This document shows, piece after piece, positions 28,371 to 38,122 of a DNA stretch of 64,000 nt. The position numbers and the translations under genes were made by a program. The notes under the pieces were generated by a model, which had not been told where the DNA came from, ran no database searches, and saw only the letters and a list, made by a program, of their open reading frames with translations. This DNA comes from a virus (lineage: Duplodnaviria; Caudoviricetes): the IMG/VR virus record IMGVR_UViG_3300032007_000001. One strand, written 5' to 3'. Within the stretch, counting starts at the first letter, position 1, and the number at the start of each line of letters is the position of its first letter.

Positions 28371-29019
28371 AATCTTCCTCTATATCATCTTGTATATACT
28401 TCTTCGTTTCTATATTGAAGCATGTAATTTTCCCCTTGTACCGATAACTACCAGTGTCCAGCATATATATATTATTCTTCAATATCAATGGCTTATTATA
28501 ATCCTCTTCCAAGCATTGCGTAGACGTATGCCCAACTACGATTATGTCCTCTCCTTCGTAATTAGCAAAGAAGCTTTCTCTTATCCATAGCAAATCTTCT
28601 TTTATCTGTTTGTCCAATCCATAAAAAGGATTTATCCCAGCATGGACAAATATATACTTCCCAATCCTATACCATAACGGCAAATTCTCTACCCATTCTA
28701 TTAGTTCATCAAACTCTCCTCGCGGCAATTTATCTAATTGTTTTTTAGTCGTATCAAATCCATTGTAAGTCCAAGTATTGTCAAGGCCTTTATAAAAATT
28801 TATCATCATATCTTCATGATTGCCCATCAATGCTATTACATTACTGTATTTCTCTGTCAATTCCTTGACATACTTCAAACATTCAATAGATTTTTCTCCA
28901 CGGTCTATATAATCACCCAAAAATATCAAATAATCTTTTTCAAAATCTATCTTGACTTTTCCCATTAAAGACATCAGTTTATCATACATTCCATGTATAT
29001 CGCCAATAGCATATATCAT
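28360..29019 (-). CDS. Ser/Thr protein phosphatase (metallophosphoesterase)
   Basis: GDIHG, GDYIDRG, GNHE, HAG, GHT, DTG motifs. Confidence 0.92.
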   Translation of the reverse strand: MIYAIGDIHGMYDKLMSLMGKVKIDFEKDYLIFLGDYIDRGEKSIECLKYVKELTEKYSNVIALMGNHEDMMINFYKGLDNTWTYNGFDTTKKQLDKLPRGEFDELIEWVENLPLWYRIGKYIFVHAGINPFYGLDKQIKEDLLWIRESFFANYEGEDIIVVGHTSTQCLEEDYNKPLILKNNIYMLDTGSYRYKGKITCFNIETKKYIQDDIEEDYDE

Positions 29020-29108
29020 TTCTACCACCTCTAAATTCAATTATATATTCAAATAAAAACTTTGTAAATACTTTTATTTTGTTTATATAAACTACCACAG
29101 CGAGGTAT

Positions 29109-29789
29109 ATGCCTATGTCTATCGATACAGTGAAGGAATCACTAAGCAACTTGGTATCTTCTGGAGAAATCAATAACAAAACGCAAGAAGAACTGAGTGA
29201 TATCTTATACAATTTTTATTTATCATTAAAATATAGTAATGAACATCAAAACAATAATTCTGTTATTGTTAGGACTTTATCAAACGATGAATACAGTAAA
29301 TATTTAATGAACAGCACATTCGGTGGGTCAATTGTCATGAAAGATGAGAACGTATTCCACTTCTGTGACAAAGACGGCGCATCCACTCTTTTGTATTATC
29401 TAAACAAAGATTATACTGCGCATGATAATAAATTATATAATAACCCAAATATTTATAAAAGATATACATATGGTACTGGCGGTAATTGGTTTTTTGGTCA
29501 TTTTGTATTTATATACGAATTAAAGTTAAATAACAAAAACAACAACTGCACATTAAGAAAAACAAAAAAATCTGTTTTGGATATTTTTGACGCACCTTCA
29601 ACTTATAATAAACTTGACATTGAAAGTTCACGCGAAGTTAATAAAAATTTTACTGGATATTTTAATCAAAGAACACCAAAATTCAGCAATTTGTCAGTTG
29701 ACCCACGTTATACATGCGATATATTGTCTGGGTTTAGGCCAATTTTTCAATATCTTGACAACAAAAAATCAACCAATATTTTTAGTTAA
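29109..29789 (+). CDS. FRPVFQY family variable protein
   Basis: VRTLSNDEY..GGSI..NVFHF..GFRPIFQYLDNKKSTNIFS. Confidence 0.8.
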   Translation: MPMSIDTVKESLSNLVSSGEINNKTQEELSDILYNFYLSLKYSNEHQNNNSVIVRTLSNDEYSKYLMNSTFGGSIVMKDENVFHFCDKDGASTLLYYLNKDYTAHDNKLYNNPNIYKRYTYGTGGNWFFGHFVFIYELKLNNKNNNCTLRKTKKSVLDIFDAPSTYNKLDIESSREVNKNFTGYFNQRTPKFSNLSVDPRYTCDILSGFRPIFQYLDNKKSTNIFS

Positions 29790-29849
29790 GATTATTTCAA
29801 CAATCAATTTTATTCTTAAAATAGTAAAACAGAAACGGAGATATACATC

Positions 29850-30131
29850 ATGAAACATCTAATCAAAAAAGCAAATAAAAATTTACTCTATACTTTTTCC
29901 ACCAATGACGGAAAATTCAAAGATAAAAACGATGCAATCAATTATATCGAAAAATTAGACAAACCATGCGTTTATACATATGGATTGGAATATAAACATC
30001 CAACTACTCATAGAGTTCCAGTTACAAAAGAAGAAGCAATAGAAAAAATAAAAAACAACAGCTTGGTGGATATAACTGAAGAAACTGATGTCATTCATAT
30101 CAATGCTTATAGCAGCAATGATATGTACTAA
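29850..30131 (+). CDS. MKHLIKKA-leader protein
   Basis: GGAG RBS; leader motif. Confidence 0.75.
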   Translation: MKHLIKKANKNLLYTFSTNDGKFKDKNDAINYIEKLDKPCVYTYGLEYKHPTTHRVPVTKEEAIEKIKNNSLVDITEETDVIHINAYSSNDMY

Positions 30132-30156
30132 AAAAGAGAGGATTATATCCTCTCTT

Positions 30157-30426
30157 TTAATATGTTATCTTTTTTTTATTCATAGCGTGTTTCATGCATA
30201 CTTTTACTATATCATATACCATTTCTATATCGCTATTCCCAATAGGAATAACGTTCTCTTCATCTGGAAAATAAATCTCTATATTTTTTTTCTCATCATC
30301 ACAATTAATATAAATAATATCACTACATTCTTTTGTATTCTCCATAACGCTTTCCATTAAATCGCAAATATACTTTTTTTTATCTCCAGACATTTTAATA
30401 CCAACTTCCATATATTTATAATCCAA
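30157..30426 (-). CDS. hypothetical protein, paralog of 31331..31564
   Basis: ICDL.E.V..NT.ECSDIIYI..MVYDIVKVCM.HA shared. Confidence 0.7.
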   Translation of the reverse strand: MDYKYMEVGIKMSGDKKKYICDLMESVMENTKECSDIIYINCDDEKKNIEIYFPDEENVIPIGNSDIEMVYDIVKVCMKHAMNKKKITY

Positions 30427-30730
30427 TTACAACCTTCTGAACTTGTTTTGAAAACAATACTAAACAATCATATATATATTCTTTGTTTTTAATAATTTCA
30501 ACGTTACAATCACTACAAGCAATCTTTCTTAAATTATCAATATACGAAGCATTATATTTTCCAAACTGCAAAAATATATCTATCCAAAAATTATCATTTT
30601 TTATAATAAAAAAATTTTTCTCTATAGTATATCATATCGTCAATATATACGCATTTTATCGATATATTGTTTTTCTTATATATCTTTCTCATTATCTATG
30701 TCTCCTAATTTGTTCTTCCTTTTTTCAATT

Positions 30731-31060
30731 TCATGCTCCACTTATCAATATATTCTTATCAAACATTGCATTAATTGCTTTTACTATCCGTCCTACAAGC
30801 ATTTTCTCATTCTCATAAAAAAATGGAACGCTATACAAATAATCATATATGAAATTATTATTCCTATTCAATTTTATCATCCAATACTTATCATCAAAAA
30901 TAAAAGCAACTTTCTTATCTTCTCTCTCTTTTACAAAAGTAATAATAACATTAATATATGTCAAATCTTTGTTTGATTGAATCGTAAAACCACTAGCATT
31001 CCAAATTTTTGAATCTTCTTCGATTTCTAATTTGTAATGACATATTTTGTCATATTCCAT
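30731..31060 (-). CDS. small Gly-X-terminal family protein
   Basis: ends ISGA. Confidence 0.68.
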   Translation of the reverse strand: MEYDKICHYKLEIEEDSKIWNASGFTIQSNKDLTYINVIITFVKEREDKKVAFIFDDKYWMIKLNRNNNFIYDYLYSVPFFYENEKMLVGRIVKAINAMFDKNILISGA

Positions 31061-31076
31061 AATTTATCTCCAAAAA

Positions 31077-31334
31077 TCATAATCCTATTTTCACTATATA
31101 CTTATCTAACGGATAAAAAGATTTTACTACATCCAATATATCTATTCTTTCTAAAATACAATCTACATGCCCAATCAAATGATTCTTAAAATATTCTTTG
31201 TCAAAATTTTTTAAGTCTTCAGTAATAAAATAAGAATAGTTTTCATCATAATAAATAGCAAACATCAATGGATATTTATAAAAATTATGCAAAGATACAC
31301 AATATTCTTTCGTTTTTACGCGTCCAAGAATCAT
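31077..31334 (-). CDS. Gly-X-terminal family, FYPL subfamily
   Basis: ends FYPLDKYIVKIGL; ATGA overlap. Confidence 0.72.
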   Translation of the reverse strand: MILGRVKTKEYCVSLHNFYKYPLMFAIYYDENYSYFITEDLKNFDKEYFKNHLIGHVDCILERIDILDVVKSFYPLDKYIVKIGL

Positions 31335-31564
31335 AAGCTCGTCTTCCCTTTTACAACAGCATGATTCATGCATACTTTCACAATATCATATACCATGTCA
31401 ATCTCACTTTTTCCAGCGGCTACTGTTATTTGGTATTCTCCAGAAAACATAACTTCAGCACAGTCATTTTTTTCATCATAACATATATAAATAATATCAC
31501 TACATTCATTTGTATTTGCTATAACAGTTTCTAATAAATCACAAATATTATTTTTACTACTCAT
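31331..31564 (-). CDS. hypothetical protein, paralog of 30157..30426
   Basis: paralogy; AGGAG RBS. Confidence 0.72.
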   Translation of the reverse strand: MSSKNNICDLLETVIANTNECSDIIYICYDEKNDCAEVMFSGEYQITVAAGKSEIDMVYDIVKVCMNHAVVKGKTSL

Positions 31565-31597
31565 ATTTTTTATTTCTCCTATACAATAAAAGAGAGA

Positions 31598-31831
31598 CTA
31601 ACATCTCTCTTCAATCAAATACTCGTACTCCGTCATAAAAAATCTTCCAACTTTGCTACAATCTTTCAATAATGTGCCAGTATCATCAGTTTCATTATCC
31701 CAATCTATATCCTCTCCAAAAGCATCTTCAATAGCTTCGTTCATTTTCTCTTCTGCTTTTTCTCTATTTTTGCAAACACTGATATTTGTATCATAATCAT
31801 CACAATAGGTCTTGTAAATCAATAAAAACAT
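31598..31831 (-). CDS. small acidic hypothetical protein
   Basis: GGAG RBS. Confidence 0.65.
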   Translation of the reverse strand: MFLLIYKTYCDDYDTNISVCKNREKAEEKMNEAIEDAFGEDIDWDNETDDTGTLLKDCSKVGRFFMTEYEYLIEERC

Positions 31832-31861
31832 CCTTTATACTCCCTTTCTTTATTTTTCTCT

Positions 31862-32078
31862 AAATTTTTTCAGTTTTCTATATATGCTCTAGAAAAAACC
31901 TTATTTTTTTATCTCGAAATTTTTTCGGTTTTACTATTTCTATCTGGAAAAACCCTAATTTTTTCTCGTGAAATTTTTTCAGTTTTACTCTATTCTTCTA
32001 GAAAAACCCTATTTTTTTCTCGTGAAATTTTTACCATTTTACTCTATTCTTCTAGAAAAACCCTAATTTTTTCTCGTG
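31862..32078. repeat. four imperfect about 54-bp tandem repeats
   Basis: unit AAATTTTTTCAGTTTTACTCTATTCTTCTAGAAAAACCCTATTTTTTTCTCGTG. Confidence 0.85.
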
Positions 32079-32291
32079 TTGTGTGAGCCATTAGTTCGCC
32101 CTCGAGGGCCATTTTTAGGCTTTTTTTGAACAGCTGAAAAACTGCACGCTGAAGCTATACAAATAGTCATTTCAACATGCAATTTTATCGTACTTAATCA
32201 TCTGTTGGCATATGTTCCCAGAACCAGTCTTCAAATTCTTCATCTGTCATATCAATTAATTCTTTTTCTTCATCCATAATAACACCTCCTA

Positions 32292-32567
32292 TTAAACATC
32301 AATATAATTAGTCATCTCGTGAGGGCCATCTTTGAAATTGAAGACCATAGGATTGATAGTGATGATATTGTTAATCATCTTAATGAAAAAACATACTTCA
32401 TTATTGTTCTTATCAATAAAATCCGCAGTACAAGTATCACCATTTACCCAATCTTCAAATTCCTCATGGTATTTTTCAGCCCAAATAGAGATATAGTCTC
32501 TGGAAACGGTATTGGTTTTGTCATCGACCTTCATAGTCCAATTACTTGAGCCAATTTGATAGAACAT
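32292..32567 (-). CDS. hypothetical protein
   Basis: AAGGAG RBS. Confidence 0.7.
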   Translation of the reverse strand: MFYQIGSSNWTMKVDDKTNTVSRDYISIWAEKYHEEFEDWVNGDTCTADFIDKNNNEVCFFIKMINNIITINPMVFNFKDGPHEMTNYIDV

Positions 32568-32578
32568 TTTTATCTCCT

Positions 32579-32899
32579 TTATTGCTTATGTTCGATAATC
32601 TTGACAGTACCTTCAATGATGCCAAAGCTGCTGTCTTCTTTGTATTCATATTCTTCTGCGTCTTCGTTGTTTTTCATTTTGCGAGTCAGAATCCAAAGAG
32701 AATTGTCGGTTTTCCAACTAATATTGACCAGTTTGCGATTTGGTTCGAGATTGACAGTAATAGTACCGCCAACTTCACGAGCGATAGGATTGAATGTAGA
32801 TGTATGATTTCCAGCGACATTGAAAGCAAATGTGGCAATTCCAAAAGCGATTGCAATGATAATGAAAATACTGGCAACCTTAAAGATATTTTTATTCAT
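32579..32899 (-). CDS. membrane-anchored conserved phage protein
   Basis: N-terminal TM; GGT.TV.L.PN.KLVN..WK..SLW.LTR motif. Confidence 0.75.
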   Translation of the reverse strand: MNKNIFKVASIFIIIAIAFGIATFAFNVAGNHTSTFNPIAREVGGTITVNLEPNRKLVNISWKTDNSLWILTRKMKNNEDAEEYEYKEDSSFGIIEGTVKIIEHKQ

Positions 32900-32912
32900 T
32901 TTTTTCTCTCCT

Positions 32913-33233
32913 TTACAGTCTGATTTTTCTTCCGGAAATGACATCAACGATAGTAGTGTTAGTACCGAATGCAGCTCGCATTTCAAAAAGCTCTTCTTCA
33001 GAAGGAGGCTGCCAATTCTCGCGGTACTCTTCCAGAGATTTGTCTACATACTCTTCGCGAGCCTTGCGATGTTTTTTCATATCTATCTTATAACCTAATT
33101 CAATAGCTTCTTCAGCAGTATCATTAGGAGCAATATTGCCGGATTTCTTCCAGTACAGAACACCATTGCGAATATCGCCATCTTCGCGAAGTGCATTTTT
33201 CAACCACTCTTTTTCAAATTTCGTCATTGCCAT
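32913..33233 (-). CDS. hypothetical protein
   Basis: GAGGAGG RBS; promoter 33258..33286. Confidence 0.75.
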   Translation of the reverse strand: MAMTKFEKEWLKNALREDGDIRNGVLYWKKSGNIAPNDTAEEAIELGYKIDMKKHRKAREEYVDKSLEEYRENWQPPSEEELFEMRAAFGTNTTIVDVISGRKIRL

Positions 33234-33358
33234 TTTCCTTACCTCCTCTATGGTTAGATTATACCATAAATTAAGGAAAATGTAAATAGTTTTATGCAAT
33301 ATTTTAAGAAAAAATTTTTGTATTTTTGATATAGAAGATAAAAACGAGGTAATAGATT

Positions 33359-34057
33359 ATGATATTATCACAAAATGAATTGGAGCAAATTAGAAACGCA
33401 TCTTCTTTGGAAGAAGTACGGAACTTTATTTTTTCTTCAGTAGAAAACAACGAAAATGATATTACTGGTGACATTGTTAATATTGGGATATTGAGCAGGA
33501 AAGAGTATATCAAATATATATGCAATGATACGTTAGACGGGTCTATAACGAAAAAAAACGCTAGCGTATGGAATTACTATAATGGTAAATATGGAAGTGC
33601 CTATTATGAAGAAATGCAGTATCATTATAATCCCTTAAAAAAAGGAGTACAAGTAAATTCCCTAATGGGGAAAATCACACCGTATCATAGTTTGGAAGAA
33701 TTAACTTCCGATGGATATATAAGCGCAAGAGATTCAAGGACAGACATTTATACGTATACATTTGAAGCATTTAATGATAATATAAATAATAAAACATTTT
33801 CAAATACTGAAAACGAAAACGTAGTGTTTGAATTTTGGGGTGGATATGGCGGAGATATAACCTGGTATGATTATAAAAAAGTAGAAATAGAATATCAAAT
33901 CGATAAAACGTTTACAACGTCAACGCAAAACGTTACTATTAAGAAGCGATATGGTGGGGAGAATGGTTGTTATTATGGAAAAGTTATTTTTTGTTGTTCT
34001 TTTAGACCAATCTTTCGTTATGTAGATAATAGAAAAAGTAAAGATATTTTTAAGTAA
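33359..34057 (+). CDS. FRPVFQY family variable protein
   Basis: IGILSRKEYIKYI..LDGSIT..VWNY..FRPIFRYVDNRKSKDIFK. Confidence 0.8.
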   Translation: MILSQNELEQIRNASSLEEVRNFIFSSVENNENDITGDIVNIGILSRKEYIKYICNDTLDGSITKKNASVWNYYNGKYGSAYYEEMQYHYNPLKKGVQVNSLMGKITPYHSLEELTSDGYISARDSRTDIYTYTFEAFNDNINNKTFSNTENENVVFEFWGGYGGDITWYDYKKVEIEYQIDKTFTTSTQNVTIKKRYGGENGCYYGKVIFCCSFRPIFRYVDNRKSKDIFK

Positions 34058-34122
34058 AAAAGAGACCTTATGGTCTCTTTTTCAAAGTGATAAAAATGTC
34101 TCAATTGTTTGGTAATATTTGC

Positions 34123-34347
34123 TTATTTAAAAGATTGTAGTTCTTCCATGACATGCCAAAGTGTATATCCGTAATTGATTAATCCTTCCCAATTGCAATA
34201 TCTGTCAAATACATCCTCTGGCGAAAGAGACATAATATAGTCGTCTCTACTGGTGTCATCTTCTTCTAATCCAAGATTCTGACGTACATTTTTCATGATT
34301 CTATCAGAATACGTTTCTTGAGCCGTTTTTTGCATTAGATGTTTCAT
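34123..34347 (-). CDS. MKHLMQKTA-leader protein
   Basis: GGAG RBS; leader motif. Confidence 0.72.
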   Translation of the reverse strand: MKHLMQKTAQETYSDRIMKNVRQNLGLEEDDTSRDDYIMSLSPEDVFDRYCNWEGLINYGYTLWHVMEELQSFK

Positions 34348-34360
34348 ACTTATTCTCCCA

Positions 34361-34780
34361 TTAAAAATTATAGTAATTGAACCATGTAACATCAGGGTCC
34401 AAGATTTTATTGACTTTTTCTATAATGTTTTCGTATTTTTCATATTCATCGACAGCTTTTATTCTTTCTTCGCCTTTTAGCGATGCCCAGTTTCCGCCAG
34501 GAAGCTTTTTACATAAATCCTTAAATAACTCCCTTGTAGATACGAATCGCTTTTTCAATTCTTCCCAGTCTTGGTCGTAAAAGCCATCGTCAGTATCGAA
34601 CTTATTCTGTAGCTCGTCAACTTCTTCCATTCTTTTGTAAATCTTCTTTGTCTTTTTTAAGATATCCGATTTTGTAAATTCCTCTACAGAGTTTGGCTTA
34701 TCGTTCATAGCGGAATCAAATTCGTCTATACATTTTTGTGTTTTGTCACTGACTGATGCTAGTTTACGCAAACGTTTCAT
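34361..34780 (-). CDS. MKRLRKLA-leader acidic protein
   Basis: AAGGAG RBS; leader motif. Confidence 0.75.
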   Translation of the reverse strand: MKRLRKLASVSDKTQKCIDEFDSAMNDKPNSVEEFTKSDILKKTKKIYKRMEEVDELQNKFDTDDGFYDQDWEELKKRFVSTRELFKDLCKKLPGGNWASLKGEERIKAVDEYEKYENIIEKVNKILDPDVTWFNYYNF

Positions 34781-34871
34781 ATCCTATCTCCTTATTTATT
34801 TATTATATTTATACATTTACTCATTTTTTATATAACGAAAGAGCATCTTACGATGCTCTTGTTTTTTAATT

Positions 34872-34948
34872 TGGTGGACCCTCACGGACTCGAACCGCGG
34901 ACTACCTGTTTATGAGACAGGTGTTCTAACCAACTGAACTAAGGGTCC
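34872..34948 (-). tRNA. tRNA with CAT anticodon (likely Ile2/lysidine type, possibly Met)
   Basis: Cloverleaf, loop CT-CAT-AA, GGACCCT acceptor stem resembling Bacillota Ile2. Confidence 0.88.
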
Positions 34949-34991
34949 ATATTTATATATTATTTTTTATTAACAACAACTGCATATAAAT

Positions 34992-35110
34992 TATGCGGAC
35001 AGGGATTTACACCCTGTATGGTTGCTCTCTAACTGGGACCACAGTAACGAGTACGTCCGTACTTGTGACAACCGCCGGCACGCTGCGTCTACTTATTCCG
35101 CCACCGCATG
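34992..35110 (-). ncRNA. tRNA-like RNA with expanded anticodon domain and no CCA
   Basis: ATGCGG/CCGCAT stem, Leu-type D-arm GCGGAATAAGTAGACGC, T-like arm ACAGGG-TGTAAAT-CCCTGT. Confidence 0.6.
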
Positions 35111-35120
35111 AATTTTTTTA

Positions 35121-35196
35121 TGGAGTGAACGACGAAACTTGAATTAGTGACTCCTAACTTTGAAGGATAGTATTCTACCAACTGAGCTAAAGGCCC
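35121..35196 (-). pseudogene. degenerate/chimeric tRNA
   Basis: Intact D-arm AGCTCAGTTGGTAGA and CCA but acceptor, anticodon and T stems do not pair. Confidence 0.55.
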
Positions 35197-35236
35197 TTTA
35201 TAAAGTTATTATATAACAAAATCAATGCTTTGTAAA

Positions 35237-35527
35237 TTAGTCAAAAATCAATTCCTTTTTCTTTCCATTCATTCCTCGTAATTGATTCTTTATCCACGGC
35301 AATGCCTTTTCTTTGAAAAATTTTTTATATATCCTTTTCACCTGCAGACCATTGTAAGTAAACGTGTCAATCAAGCCATCTTCCAATAGCTTGATTTCAT
35401 CCAACGCACGTGAAGATATATATTGAACTTTATCGGGATTCATGACTACTATGATATCAACGATATTCCTATCGTCAATATGTATGTATATGTCATTGCC
35501 ATCTATGTTTGTATTTCTATACAGCAT
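35237..35527 (-). CDS. hypothetical protein
   Basis: RBS; promoter 35547..35575. Confidence 0.7.
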   Translation of the reverse strand: MLYRNTNIDGNDIYIHIDDRNIVDIIVVMNPDKVQYISSRALDEIKLLEDGLIDTFTYNGLQVKRIYKKFFKEKALPWIKNQLRGMNGKKKELIFD

Positions 35528-35931
35528 CTATCATCACCCAGGTATTATTATACCACAAAATCAAAAATGTGTAAATAGAAATTTTACAAAACACGAAAAA
35601 CCTCATTTAAGAGGCCTGATTTCATAACATTTTCAAATAAGCCGTTTATATCAAATATATACTTCCTTTACATTCATCTCCCTGCTTGGCTTTACATCAG
35701 CTTCAGCTATAAGCCTACTTGTGCTAGAATACCAACGTATCAGTGAATGTATTTTTCATATATTTTTTCCATAAACCTACTACTTTTTGAATCTATAGAA
35801 TCTCGTTTGCTTCACCAAATGGAAATATGGCAAAAGGAAAAAATATCTTCAAAAAATAATAGTCGCTTTGTAATTAAAATATCATATTTCATATATATAA
35901 TAATAGAAATAATAAATGAGAGGTAAAAAAT

Positions 35932-36144
35932 ATGAAGCATTTAATTAAACAAGCAACTTTATTGGACGAATTTATGACTTATCATGAAGATTATGACAAT
36001 TATTCAAAACATATAAATAACTTCAAAAAGATGTACAAAGTATTAGATAAATATATGAAATCTCCAGATGAAAATGTAAGTGACGCTTTTGAAAGAGCTC
36101 CAGAAGATGAACAAAAATATATGGTAGATTTAATTAGACCATAA
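35932..36144 (+). CDS. MKHLIKQA-leader protein
   Basis: GAGG RBS; leader motif. Confidence 0.72.
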   Translation: MKHLIKQATLLDEFMTYHEDYDNYSKHINNFKKMYKVLDKYMKSPDENVSDAFERAPEDEQKYMVDLIRP

Positions 36145-36353
36145 AAAGAGGAACTTAATTGTTCCTCTTTTATTTTCATTATTCGAAGTTTTCTGGGGCC
36201 AATTTTTATTCACATAGCTTTACCTCACAAATACTATCGCGAGCTCCTCGCGCAAATCACTTAAATATTCATATTTTATATACAATTATGATAGTGTCAA
36301 TTTGTGAAGCTCGCGCAGTAAGCGCGAGGTGAGGGACACCTAATTGTACGCTA

Positions 36354-36523
36354 TTTTTATAGTAGTTTTTTCTATTTAGTACACTGTTTATAGTAGTTGT
36401 TTTTATAGTAGTTTTTTCTATTTAGTACACTGTTTATAGTAGTTGTTTTTATAGTAGTTTTTTCTATTTAGTACACTGTTTATAGTAGTTGTTTTTATAG
36501 TAGTTTTTTTATAGTAGTTTTTA
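36354..36523. repeat. three exact 46-bp tandem repeats plus partial copies (core TATAGTAGTT x8)
   Basis: unit TTTTTATAGTAGTTTTTTCTATTTAGTACACTGTTTATAGTAGTTG. Confidence 0.9.
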
Positions 36524-36832
36524 TATATTAAATTTATTTAATTTTACATTTGTTAAAGATTTGATATTTGAAGATATTGCAAACAAAGGAAAGTACGTAA
36601 AAACCTTATGATATATAATAATTTTAAAAAGTTGTTGCTGGTGTTTAGATTTTTAAGTTGACAAAAATATTGATATATATGTAAATTTTAGCCATTGCGA
36701 GAGTAACTATAAGAGATATAGAGGAAATAAAAATATATAACATATTTTATACCATAAGAAAAATAAAGAAGATTATAATAGAAATGTAGAAAGGTATAAT
36801 ATAAATAGATTAAATGATTGAGGAGATAAGAT

Positions 36833-37171
36833 ATGAAATATTTAATTAAGAAAGCAGAATCGAAATTCCAATATACAATTGATAGATTGGAAGAGATTGC
36901 AGAAAAGTATGGGTATAAAAAAGTAGAAGATGTTGATACGATAGCGTTTGAGTTGGAAGGCATAGACATAGACATTACTGTCGATGATGAGACCAAGACG
37001 TACAGCAGCGTTGTATTGGGCTTTGGTGGAGATTTAGACGAAAATCAAGATGTTATGTATCTCGAAGCTGGAGTGGAAGTAGACGGAATATATTATTACT
37101 TTGAGCCGCAGAGCATTAAAGAGATAGAGGATTTTGTAAAGAATCCTGCATCTGTGAATTTTGAAGGGTGA
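36833..37171 (+). CDS. MKYLIKKA-leader acidic protein
   Basis: GAGGAG RBS; leader motif. Confidence 0.75.
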   Translation: MKYLIKKAESKFQYTIDRLEEIAEKYGYKKVEDVDTIAFELEGIDIDITVDDETKTYSSVVLGFGGDLDENQDVMYLEAGVEVDGIYYYFEPQSIKEIEDFVKNPASVNFEG

Positions 37172-37175
37172 AAGT

Positions 37176-37559
37176 ATGAGACATTTAATTAAGAAAGCTG
37201 AGAAGCTGAGCACGGAAGAGATAAGGAATATGACAGACGATGAAGTCATAAAGTTATATAAGGAATTAAGTAAGAAAGGTATGACGATAGACTTCATTTG
37301 TGATGTATCTGATGGATATACAATACCGGTAGACGAGATATTCTTTGAAAATCTTGGAGACTGGAGAACGGATATAGATTCGGAGTATAGCCCGTTGAAT
37401 TATGGTTTTGATCCAGATGAAGCCGAAGGATGGGAGTACTATACATTTGATGATGATTTTAGTCCTGGGCATTATCCGAAACCTGCCACAAAAGAGCAGT
37501 GCGGAGAATTTTTGAGAAGCTGCGCTGAAGAAATGGAAGAATATATGGAGGAACTGTAA
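37176..37559 (+). CDS. MRHLIKKA-leader acidic protein
   Basis: leader motif; RBS. Confidence 0.75.
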   Translation: MRHLIKKAEKLSTEEIRNMTDDEVIKLYKELSKKGMTIDFICDVSDGYTIPVDEIFFENLGDWRTDIDSEYSPLNYGFDPDEAEGWEYYTFDDDFSPGHYPKPATKEQCGEFLRSCAEEMEEYMEEL

Positions 37560-37574
37560 AAGTTCCTCTTTTTA

Positions 37575-37603
37575 TTTACAAAAAAATTAATGTATGGTAT
37601 AAT
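37575..37603 (+). promoter_or_regulatory. early-type promoter for 8-gene Gly-X operon
   Basis: TTTACA-N17-TATAAT, TG extension. Confidence 0.7.
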
Positions 37604-37874
37604 TTCATTGGTGATAGCAATGTTAATGATGTATGCTAAAGAACATATAGAAGTAAGATATAAATATTTTTCAATAGAATATGTGATAGAAACAAATAAT
37701 GTACCGATACATATGTTTTTCAAAATAGGAGAATTGAGTAGCATTGAAAATTTTTTACATAGGATTTCGCATTTTACTTCAATGAAGGAAGATATGTTAA
37801 AACCGTATGCTAAGTTTTTTGTAAATTACTTTAATGAAGTAATGAAGAAAAGTTATGTGAGGTATGGGTTATGA
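37590..37874 (+). CDS. small Gly-X-terminal family protein (true start about 37620-37630)
   Basis: ends NEVMKKSYVRYGL. Confidence 0.7.
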   Translation: MYGIISLVIAMLMMYAKEHIEVRYKYFSIEYVIETNNVPIHMFFKIGELSSIENFLHRISHFTSMKEDMLKPYAKFFVNYFNEVMKKSYVRYGL

Positions 37875-38122
37875 ATAAAGAAGACATAGAAGTGAGGTAC
37901 GGAAAATTTTATATAGAATTTATATTGAATACCGGTTATGTACCGACGCTTATACCTTTTAATGTGGGGAAATTGATAAATAACAAGGACTTTGAAAAAA
38001 AGATATTCTTGCTTTTTTCATTTGAGATTAAGAAAAGAGAGCAATTTCTTAAGAATAAAAAAATTTTAATTGAATATATGAATGAAGTAATGAAGAAAAG
38101 CTATGTCAGGTACGGGTTATGA
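37871..38122 (+). CDS. small Gly-X-terminal family protein, paralog of previous
   Basis: identical C-terminus NEVMKKSYVRYGL. Confidence 0.72.
   Translation: MNKEDIEVRYGKFYIEFILNTGYVPTLIPFNVGKLINNKDFEKKIFLLFSFEIKKREQFLKNKKILIEYMNEVMKKSYVRYGL

Noticed and set aside
34992-35110. YrlA-type Y RNA
   Set aside because: Arm order is the ordinary D-then-T inside an acceptor-like stem and no Ro-binding bulged helix consensus is evident.
35121-35196. Functional tRNA
   Set aside because: Acceptor, anticodon and T stems are mismatched; treated as a pseudogene.
31862-36523. Tandem repeats as CRISPR arrays
   Set aside because: Head-to-tail units with no unique spacers.
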